A DNA stretch of 32,398 nucleotides from Octopus bimaculoides (Eukaryota). A program made the position numbers and the translations under genes. This document shows, piece after piece, positions 23,230 through 32,398 of this stretch. The DNA lies in assembly GCF_001194135.2 (NCBI RefSeq), contig NC_068982.1:79679171-79711568 (forward strand), written 5' to 3'. The first letter of the stretch is position 1. Each line of letters opens with the position of its first letter. Under the pieces are notes generated by a model. The model saw only the letters and a program-made list of their open reading frames with translations, ran no database searches and was not told the DNA's origin.

Positions 23230-23804
23230 AGTTATAATGATGATGGATGGGTGGGTAGCACAGACTCACGTAGGTAGGTATGATTGTTATTGATGGTGAT
23301 GATGATGATGATGATGATGATGGCGGCGGCAGCGGTGGTGGTTGTGGTGATAATTTTTATGGTGAGGATGTAGAGGCTGATTGTCGTGATGTTAGTGGTA
23401 GTGGTTTCGGTGGGGGAAAAAAGGAGGTAGTGTTGGTAGCGGTGGTGACGATGATGATAATGATGATGACGACGACGACGACGACGACGACGACGATGGT
23501 GGCAGCGGCGTTGGTGATAATGATTGTTATAATCAGTGTAGATAGTGATGATTCAGTATATGGCGGTATTAGAGCTGAGGAAGATTATTTAAATATTATG
23601 TTGTTATTGTTGCTGCTGCGTGTTGTTGTTGCTGTTGTTGTTGTTGTGGTTGTAGCTGTGTTACTGATAAATCTGATGAAGGTTAGTTGTTACCATTGCT
23701 GTTGCTGCAAGTGCCACTGATGCCGCAGCTGCTGCTTCTGATGATGACCATCATCATCATCGTCATCGTCATCATCATCATCATCATCATCATCATCGTC
23801 ATCG

Positions 23805-23845
<41 letters not shown>

Positions 23846-23870
23846 GTTGTCGTCGTCGTCAACATCATTT
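23230..23870. repeat. Compound trinucleotide region (GAT/GAC/GTT then CAT)n
   Basis: Runs of GAT, GGT, GAC, GTT, then (CAT)n at 23745-23860. Confidence 0.9.
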
Positions 23871-23899
23871 ATGTATATGTTGTCTGGGTGCTATCAGCC

Positions 23900-24190
23900 A
23901 TGTTTCTTCGTAAATGTCTTTGGATGTTTGTGAGTTATACCCTTCCATTTGTCTTTGTTTGTTGGTCTTTATGCCTCTTCACAAGACAAATTCTAGACAT
24001 GGTACACTCCACCATTTCTAGACATAGAGCATTCCATAAAGCATTTGTGAGTCTTCTTTTTTTTCTTTCTATAACTTTGATAATCTGTCATTCTTCATTC
24101 TATTTGAAATATGTCTTCCAATCTGCTTTGGTTTTTCTCTTCTGGAGACTTTTAGATCAACATCGTCTGCATATGAAACGTGTACACAGT
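23900..24190 (-). mobile_element. Possible heavily decayed non-LTR RT fragment
   Basis: Minus frame HVSYADDVDL near 24145-24185 (YADD-type RT motif); flanks not confidently assignable. Confidence 0.35.
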
Positions 24191-24266
24191 CTGTCTCGCC
24201 CTCTTCTTTCTCCCCCTCCAATTCTCTCACTCACTCACTCACTCACTCACTCACTCACTCACTCAC

Positions 24267-24305
<39 letters not shown>

Positions 24306-24515
24306 GTTTGTGTGTCTGTCTGTGTGTCTGTCTGTCTGCCTGCCTACCTGTCTGTCTGCCTGCCTGCCTGCCTGCCTGTCTGTCAGTCTGTCTGTCTGCC
24401 ATCTGTAAGAACACACTATACTCTTCTACTTAAATCTATGTTTTCATACATCCATATAAAGATATGAATGAAATTTTGTGCGTGAGTGTATATATTTATA
24501 ATAGTGTCTCTTTAT

Positions 24516-24580
24516 TTTTGGCCGAATAGTTAAAGGATCTAGATGAGAGCCATTACGTCCAGGTTCAATTTCGTAGTCTG
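24516..24580 (+). mobile_element. Degenerate tRNA-like SINE head
   Basis: TGGCCGAATAGTTAAAGG (A-box-like) and CCAGGTTCAATTTC (B-box-like) at tRNA-like spacing; no clean cloverleaf. Confidence 0.4.
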
Positions 24581-24758
24581 TCTATGATCAGTTATGCAAA
24601 TTTTTGCATCATAGTTTCGACTCGCCAAAAGCTTTGAGAAACAAAATGTTTGTGCGAAACCTTGGTGATTGACAGCATGATACTCAAGCAGTCACTCAGA
24701 AATCAACGCGTTCCGATGTCTTAGTGACGGAATCATTTATTAATGAAACTAACGTATA

Positions 24759-24803
<45 letters not shown>

Positions 24804-25680
24804 NNNNNNNNNNNNNNNNNNNNNNNNNNNNNNNNNNNNNNNNNNNNNNNNNNNNNNNNNNNNNNNNNNNNNNNNNNNNNNNNNNNNNNNNNNNNNNNNN
24901 NNNNNNNNNNNNNNNNNNNNNNNNNNNNNNNNNNNNNNNNNNNNNNNNNNNNNNNNNNNNNNNNNNNNNNNNNNNNNNNNNNNNNNNNNNNNNNNNNNNN
25001 NNNNNNNNNNNNNNNNNNNNNNNNNNNNNNNNNNNNNNNNNNNNNNNNNNNNNNNNNNNNNNNNNNNNNNNNNNNNNNNNNNNNNNNNNNNNNNNNNNNN
25101 NNNNNNNNNNNNNNNNNNNNNNNNNNNNNNNNNNNNNNNNNNNNNNNNNNNNNNNNNNNNNNNNNNNNNNNNNNNNNNNNNNNNNNNNNNNNNNNNNNNN
25201 NNNNNNNNNNNNNNNNNNNNNNNNNNNNNNNNNNNNNNNNNNNNNNNNNNNNNNNNNNNNNNNNNNNNNNNNNNNNNNNNNNNNNNNNNNNNNNNNNNNN
25301 NNNNNNNNNNNNNNNNNNNNNNNNNNNNNNNNNNNNNNNNNNNNNNNNNNNNNNNNNNNNNNNNNNNNNNNNNNNNNNNNNNNNNNNNNNNNNNNNNNNN
25401 NNNNNNNNNNNNNNNNNNNNNNNNNNNNNNNNNNNNNNNNNNNNNNNNNNNNNNNNNNNNNNNNNNNNNNNNNNNNNNNNNNNNNNNNNNNNNNNNNNNN
25501 NNNNNNNNNNNNNNNNNNNNNNNNNNNNNNNNNNNNNNNNNNNNNNNNNNNNNNNNNNNNNNNNNNNNNNNNNNNNNNNNNNNNNNNNNNNNNNNNNNNN
25601 NNNNNNNNNNNNNNNNNNNNNNNNNNNNNNNNNNNNNNNNNNNNNNNNNNNNNNNNNNNNNNNNNNNNNNNNNNNNNNNN

Positions 25681-25717
<37 letters not shown>

Positions 25718-26252
25718 ACACACACACACACACACATACACACACACCGTAGATACTCGTACACACACACACATACGCACAGTCACACTCGTGAACACAG
25801 GCAAATATACGCACACATGCAAGAACAGACACATACACACAGAGACAGACATACACACAGATAAATACACAGAAACGTACATTTATACACACATCCACAT
25901 ACTAATGCGCACAAATACACACACAGGCATACATCCATCTGTATACATATATACACACACGCAGATACACAGACACATGCATACAAGCGAACACAAAACA
26001 CATCCATACGCATATACACACCACAGAGTCACACACATATGTGTACACAAACATAAATACACACAGACTTATACACACAGGCAAACACGCACGCATACAT
26101 ACACACTCTCGCATGCATATACACATATACATACACTGCATATATACACTTACCTACTTTTATACTATCATGGGATCACTCACATTAATGTTTGAGATCG
26201 ACTTAGAACATGTCTGTGTGTGCGTGCGTGCATTGTGTGTGCGTGCGTGCAT

Positions 26253-26296
<44 letters not shown>

Positions 26297-26618
26297 TGTC
26301 TGTCTGTGTATCTGCCTTTCCGTGTGTGCGATTGTGTATGTGTACTTTTATGCGTGTGTACTGTATGTGTGTGTGCTTGCGTATGATAGTATATGTGTAT
26401 GTAAGTGTGATTGTGTGCGTAGGGTTGTGGTTTGTATTCATGTGCATGCGTTTGCGTGTTTGATGGTATGTGAGCTGAGTGAAGGTTTGTGTGTGCGTAT
26501 ATGTGTTTGTGTCTGTGTTAGACTACATTAATAGACATATACTGACCATTAATGACATGTTGTACCATTGCAACAAAGTTTTCTAACTGCGTATTTGCTT
26601 TAGTAACAACTGACGCCA

Positions 26619-27760
26619 TTGCTGCTACTGCTGCTGCTGTTGTTGTTATTATTATTTCGTTTGATTCAGTTTCGTTCTTATGCCTGGTAGGATTTATATG
26701 AGTAGCGGGTTACTACCTGTAAATTTAGGTATCCACAAGATTTCAGTAATCTTTCAAGTGCTTTGAACTCTCCTGACAATCCTTGCTGTCTCTAAGAGAC
26801 AAACTTTCTATAGGAGCTCTACAGGACATTCTAGTCCAATCTCCTTCAGCCATTCGTCTATATCTTTGCTTACTGTTCCTAACGCATCAGTTATTATAGG
26901 TACGACATTGACAGTTCTCATACTCCAAATTCTTCTTATTTCAAATTTTAAGGGATTATATCTTTTTTTTTTTTTGTACTCTTTCGTGCTCTTTCAACTC
27001 GCTGATTGTGCCATGTTGTTTCCCGCTTCAAATCCCCATTTCTGGCAAAGTTTCCAGTGTAAATCTTTTGCAGCCTGGTCATGTCTCCATTTCTTATATT
27101 CTTCTTGTGCCAACTTGGAGCATTCTGTCACAATGTGTGTCACTGTCTCATTTCAAGTTCCATAGGTTCTACATTTTTCTGACACATTTTCTCCAGTTAT
27201 AAGTTTCTCAAGTTGTTTCTTTTTATCGCTTGATCTTGGGCTGCTACAATGATGCTCTGTTTCTTTTTTGAATTGCCTCTTTCTTTCACCAGGTTCAGGA
27301 TTTTCTCCCACAGCTTCAGTGGCTCTCCATAATTGACCATGCAGACGTTTCTCTTCGGTCTCTCTGGCGTGCTCTCTTTGTATTTCATGCTTGTCCTTTT
27401 CTCCTATTACACGATTCATCATTTGTTCTTTCTTAACTGCCTTTAGTAGATTATCTGTGCTGTTCTGCAAATACTCCACTGGACTTTTTCTTTCCACCTG
27501 TTCATATTCTACTGCTATTAAGACTCTTCCACCCTAGTCTCTCTTCAAGTACAACTGGTTGATAACAGCTTTCGGATGGTGAGCTCCATACATCTCCAGC
27601 AACTTCCTAGCTTTCCTGTTAAGTTTCTTTATTTAATTTCTGGTCCAGTCTATTATTCCAACTCCATATCTGATTAAGAGTACTGCTCTTGAATTTATTG
27701 CTTCAATAAGATTTTTTTGAATTCAGCTTTGGCTGCAATAATTTTCTCACTCTCCTTATG
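26619..27760 (-). mobile_element. R4/Dong-clade (restriction-like endonuclease) non-LTR retrotransposon, 5'-truncated and decayed
   Basis: Minus frames: IEAINSRAVLLIRYGVGIIDWT..MYGAHHPKAVINQLYLKR..RLHGQLWR..FKKETE/IIVAAQDQAIKRN..CRTYGT*NETVTHIVTECSKLAQEEYKKWRHDQAAKDLHWKLCQKW (CCHC knuckle, RHD)..YNPLKFEIRRIWSMRTVNVVPIITDALGTV..L*KVCLLETARIVRRV, then an (AAT)(AAC)(AGC) tail. Most of the endonuclease core is deleted. Confidence 0.92.
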
Positions 27761-28730
27761 TACTCCCCACTGGTTATTTGTTAAGAGCATAATCACTGGT
27801 GATGATAAGAGGTGGTGGAAAGAGACAGTGTAGTGTCACATTCTCTCGACAACAATGACAACCAATGAAAATAGAGTCGTTTAGATCAACCATTGTGGTT
27901 GTTATAGTAACTAAAAGCCAAAACAATCAGCACAACAGCTACAACAACAATAGCTACAAGCACGAATCTTTTGGACTGAAAACTGAGAAGAACCTGCCCA
28001 TTGCAATGGTTGCCAGCCAATAGATCCAGCATTCACTTGAGTGCAAAGACGATACCATCCAGAAATACAAAGATAATGTTGTGTGCTGTGGGAATTCTGA
28101 CATTAAATGAAGAACCCTGCTGTACAAATGAATCAGTTGCAAGTATGGAAAAGTACAAAGAATATTTCAGTTGCAAGTATGAAAAATATCTGAGCTCAGA
28201 ATGTGCCGAATGAGGGAAATCATGAGACAATGATGTAAATCTTATACAGTGAACAGAAAATTTGAAAAGGGTTGCGACATTGATAGATACCTTCGTGCTT
28301 TGTTTCACTTGCACTCTATAAGGGACAGCACGTCTAGGATATCAGACCAAAGTAAGTGACCCGCTAATATTTTTTAAATTCTTTTCTGTCTAATATGACC
28401 ATACAGAGAATAGGGTACATGAAATACGCGTGGCCCAGATGTCGGAACATCAACAAAACCAGAGTTTTTGTGATTTTCGCGTGCAGCCTTCTACTGGCCA
28501 ACTACAGTGCTTTCGCCAAATTCTGTTTGTTCGAATCACATAGAAATGACAGTGTTATTCTGTAAAGAGCTGGATATGGAGATGAATTCAATCTTGCTGA
28601 ACCTAAACTGTATGTTGTTACTCCTGGACGTGAGAAGCAGTGGTGTAGAGTCTCTAAACTGTACTGTCTCTAAACTGGTGGTCATTTACGTCAATTCTTC
28701 AACGTAAAGCATGAAAGTAGTCTTTTTAGT

Positions 28731-29700
28731 GAAGCACACATATGCGCCATCCCAAACAGTTCTATCCCAGAGAAGCTCTATGATATACGATATGCCAAAA
28801 AGATTATTGGGTGAGAAACCTGACATGAGAAAGGCCCTGATCATCTTAGATCAATCGAAAACTTTCGATAGGATCGACTACCAATACTTGGCAGCTCTGT
28901 CCTTACAGCAGTCGGTTTCGGTCTTGTCTTCAGGAGCTGGATCACTGCAATTTTCAACGACATGGGCTCGAAGGTTACAGTGAATGGCCACCTGACGGAA
29001 CCATTCAATATCATATGCCCACTCTGTTAATGTTCCCTTTCATTTTTTTCGGTATGTTCTGATCCTGTATCCGGTGCAAACCGGAGTCGTTGGGAGGAGG
29101 GGGTGGATTCCATGCGAAATAGGATGTGTGTGATCTGTCTTGGCATATGTATACCAAGTCACTGTAATAGGGTCGGACACCAGAGGTGATAAGCGCTACT
29201 CTAATGCACTACGAGGTGGTGACAGGAGCAAAAATCAACCAGGGAATGTTGCTGGGCCTGCAGCTCGGCAACTGGATATGGGGCAGGTCTATGCCGTTCA
29301 ACAACGTTGTAGGCCAGAAATTGCCCGAGAGAAAGCTATCCAAGGCCAGGCAAGTGACAAACGGCTCCATTGATTCTGTCATCTATTATCGCTTGATCGT
29401 CGTGCCTTGTCCAGATTCACGTTTTACTTAGACTGAAGTGTTTGCTTTTCCACTTTCAGTGAAAGAGAGATGAGTTCAACAACTGGCCGGGTGCTCCATT
29501 TGATGCAAACACCAACTGAGAGGATGACTAAGCATACCATGGCTGACGATGGGCTTTGCTTGAGAAGGACAGGCAGTGTTTATCTGCCCGGTGGCTTTGG
29601 CGAAAGAGGATGCGTGGCAGAAAAGCTTGAAAGGACTAGAGATAGACTCTTTTCCTCTTGATCAAGCCCTCATGCATGGCAAAAATGGTCTGAATAATCT
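28731..29700 (+). mobile_element. L1/Tx1-clade LINE reverse transcriptase fragment, decayed
   Basis: Across frameshifts: HICAIPNSSI / ALIILDQSKTFDRIDYQYLAAL / FGLVFRSWITAIFNDMGSKVTVNGHLTEPF / HYEVVTGAKIN..LGLQLGNW..SVIYYRLIVVPCP / RG*LSIPWL. Confidence 0.85.
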
Positions 29701-29873
29701 GGCTTACACTAAGTATGCACCTAGAAGTTTGAGAAAGACGACTGGGAGATGTCACTTGCTTTAGTGGTCAGCGTAACCGTTGTGTTGTAAGGTTTTTGCA
29801 AGTAACCCACGAAGTCTCATCCTTTTGAGGAAATCTGCTTCATTATTTCTTTTTTCGTTTTTTGGTTATTTCC

Positions 29874-30264
29874 TTTACTCTTTTACTTGTTTCAGTCATT
29901 TGACTGCAGCCATGCTGGAGCACCGCCTTTAGTCGAGCAAATCGACCCCGGAGCTTATTCTTTGTAAGCCTAGTACTTATTCTATCGGTCTGTTTTGCCG
30001 AACCGCTAAGTGACGGGGACACAAACACACCAGCATCGGTTGTCAAGCAATGCTAGGCGGACAAACACAAACACACACATACACACACACATATATATAT
30101 ATATAGATATATACGACGGGCTTCTTTCAGTTTCCGTCTACCAAATCCACTCACAAGGCTTTGGTCGGCCCGAAGACACTTGCCCAAGGTGCCACGCAGT
30201 GGGACTGAACCCGGGACCATGTGGTCGGTAAGCAAGCTACTTACCATACAGCCACTCCTGCGCC
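29874..30264 (-). mobile_element. tRNA-derived SINE family A, near full length, with internal (AT)n(GT)n
   Basis: A box TGGCTGTATGG (30254-30244), B-box-like GGTTCAGTCCC (30211-30201), CORE-like ACCTTGGGCAAGT, internal microsatellite about 30061-30113, 3' body ending GACTGAAACAAGTAAAAGAGTAAA. Confidence 0.88.
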
Positions 30265-30816
30265 TTTGTTAATATTTATTATTTTTTTTTTATGTAATCA
30301 CACACTGTGACGTTTTGTGCCATCCTCGATATTTTCGTCAACACTTGGGCTTAATAAACAAAACGTTATTAATAATGATGATGACGACGATGTTGTTGAT
30401 GTTATTGCCGACAGTTTTCTATTGTTCTTCTCAGCGTTGCTGCAAGGCTTTTGCTTTTATTTTCGTTTTTCTTCCCATTTTCCATTGTTGTTGTTGCTGT
30501 TGTTGTTGTTGAACTTCATTTTTTTTTTCTTCTTTTCGTTCTAACTAATGGTACTGACGGTGGAATTATTCCTCTTACTGCTGCAGCTGTTAATATTCTA
30601 ATGACTATCACTGCTGCTGATGCCGTTGCTGCCGCTGCCGCTGTTGCCGCTGCTGCTGCTGTTGCCGCTGCTGCTGCTCAGATGGAGTGTTTTATTGCTG
30701 CCTTCATTCACATCTCTCATTTCTAACACCGTTGACGCTCTTTCGGCTGTCTCTCTCCCTCTCTCTCTCTCCCCGCCCCTCTCTCTGTTCCTCTCTTTTC
30801 CTTTCTCTCTCTTTCT

Positions 30817-30849
<33 letters not shown>

Positions 30850-30863
30850 CCTTTCTTTTATTG

Positions 30864-31167
30864 TTATTTTGAATCTGTTATTTTTTCGTTATATTTCTGC
30901 CATATTATTTTTTCCGCCACCATTACTATTAACGTTAAACTTGCTGTCTTCGTTGCCGTAAGTTTAGATTTGTGATAATTGCTGTTCGTGCTACTGCTGC
31001 TGGTGCTGGTGCAGGTGCAGCTGCTGTTAATGGTGACAGAGATGGTGCAGCTGCTGTTGTTGGTGTTGGTGCAATCAGATGATGTGGTCGAGGGTAGAAG
31101 GCAGAGGGGAAGAGGAAACAATGGCAGGATGTTGATAATGGTAACGGTGGTTGTAGTAGTGACGGCC

Positions 31168-31216
<49 letters not shown>

Positions 31217-31223
31217 CGACGAC

Positions 31224-31261
<38 letters not shown>

Positions 31262-31280
31262 CGAGGACGACGACGACGAC

Positions 31281-31323
<43 letters not shown>

Positions 31324-31808
31324 GTGATGAATAAGGCTGTTGTTAGTGCTATCAGATGAGAGTGGATGAGGAGAAGGTGGGGTAACACTAGCAGAGTGTG
31401 ATGGCGATGATGACAACAACGATTAAGACGACGACGGCAATAGCGACGACAATGATATTGATGATGATGATGATGATGATGGAATGAGAGAATCACTGCA
31501 CACGACGCTAGCGTTGAATCTGATGTTGCTGCTGATGCTGCGGTTGTCGGTTCGCAGTTATTGCTGCTGGTGATTGTGGCCGTGGATGGTGTGGTCGTGG
31601 AAGGAGCGGGGTGAGATGGGGATTGTTTGGATGTTGAAGTTTTACGATTAGGATGGCGGCTCTGGTGGTGATGGTGATGATGATGATAATGATGACGATG
31701 GAATGACAATCGTGTGAAGAATACAGATTGAGAGGGAACCTCACAACTGTAACCGCCATTCACCACAGCCACGAGACATACCACAATTACTGACAAAAGC
31801 AGCCACAA
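30864..31808 (-). other. Low-complexity open frame (314 codons, no ATG at its start); coding status unproven
   Basis: Stop-free frame through mixed unique and trinucleotide sequence; first in-frame ATG gives a ~100-aa peptide MAVTTTTTVTIINILPLFPLPLCLLPSTTSSDC..; AATAAA follows the stop. Confidence 0.2.
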
Positions 31809-31886
31809 CCACTAATACCATCATCAAATATGTATATCTCCTCCTCCCTTTCTTTTCCGTCTACCACTTCGACAAACAACAACAAT

Positions 31887-32100
31887 AATGGTTTCAAATT
31901 TTAGCACAAGACCAGCAGGTTTGGAGGAGGAGCTAAATCGATTGAATCGACCGCGGTGTTTAACTGGTATTTCATTCATCGACCCCAAATGGGTGAAAAG
32001 CAAAGGCGACATCAGCGGAATTTGAAATCAGAACGTAAAGACGGATGAAATGCTGTTAAGCACTTTGTCTAGCGAGTTACTCTTCTATTAGCTCAGCGGC
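31887..32100 (-). mobile_element. SINE family B, near full length
   Basis: GGTTTCAAATTTTAGCACAAGACCAGCA..ATCGACCCCAAATGGGTGAAAAGCAAAGGCGAC..GGAATTTGAAATCAGAACGTAAAGACGGA matches 15071-15250 and the reverse complement of 19683-19866. Confidence 0.85.
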
Positions 32101-32109
32101 TTAATAATG

Positions 32110-32167
<58 letters not shown>

Positions 32168-32196
32168 TAATAATAATGATAATAATAATAATAATA
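32101..32196. repeat. (AAT)n microsatellite, about 30 units
   Basis: Near-perfect AAT run. Confidence 0.97.
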
Positions 32197-32398
32197 AACA
32201 CACAAGATAAAACACACAATGAAAAGGCCCCTTGGATTGATAGAATATCTACAGACCTAGACTCCTTAGAGGAGCAAAAGTGGGAGGGGGTCAAGGTAGA
32301 AGATATATGATCTGCTCTCAGGAGGTCAAGCAAATGGAAGTCTCCAGGAAAGGATAAAATTCCTAACTTCTGGTTGAATGCCTTCCCAGAAAGCCATG
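32197..32398 (+). mobile_element. R4/Dong-clade retrotransposon fragment (pre-RT region), runs off the window
   Basis: HNEKAPWIDRISTDLDSLEEQKWEGVKVEDI*SALRRSSKWKSPGKDKIPNFWLNAFPESH; WKSPG.D.IPNFWL precedes the RT in this clade; TGA at 32308-32310. Confidence 0.85.

Larger units (their letters stand above)
1055..25680. other. Assembly gaps: 1055-1460, 3500-3875, 5371-5824, 7187-7196, 7659-7952, 10543-10698, 12001-12581, 13798-14206, 16234-16617, 23044-23161, 24804-25680
   Basis: N runs, most flanked by (AT)n, (GT)n or (CA)n. Confidence 0.98.

Noticed and set aside
3305-26531. Long ORFs such as poly-YI, poly-CV, poly-HT and X-rich frames
   Set aside because: Translations of dinucleotide microsatellites and N gaps.
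27950-28700. Unique-looking stretch with short ORFs
   Set aside because: No motif recognised in any frame; left unassigned.
28905-28940. Minus-strand CTGAAGA..CCGAAAC hammerhead-like string
   Set aside because: No stem II pairing; lies inside L1 RT coding sequence (FGLVFRSW).

Overview
Repeat-dense, gene-poor eukaryotic DNA from a fragmented draft assembly: 11 N-gaps (about 4.1 kb), mostly bordered by (AT)n/(GT)n microsatellites. The microsatellite load and SINE families strongly suggest an octopus genome (from recollection of family sequences, not a search). No host protein-coding gene can be called confidently; nearly all listed ORFs are microsatellite or gap artefacts. Readable by eye are decayed mobile elements: two different Penelope-like (GIY-YIG) fragments, an RTE fragment, an internally deleted mariner, two R4/Dong-type fragments, an L1/Tx1-type RT fragment and many tRNA-derived SINEs of at least four families. 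The most interesting signals are RNA structures: a near-canonical type I hammerhead ribozyme at 13625-13710 (+), a tRNA-headed SINE carrying a Penelope-type minimal hammerhead (16741-16995, -), and a ~170-nt hairpin with a G-U-rich inner stem (2904-3071).
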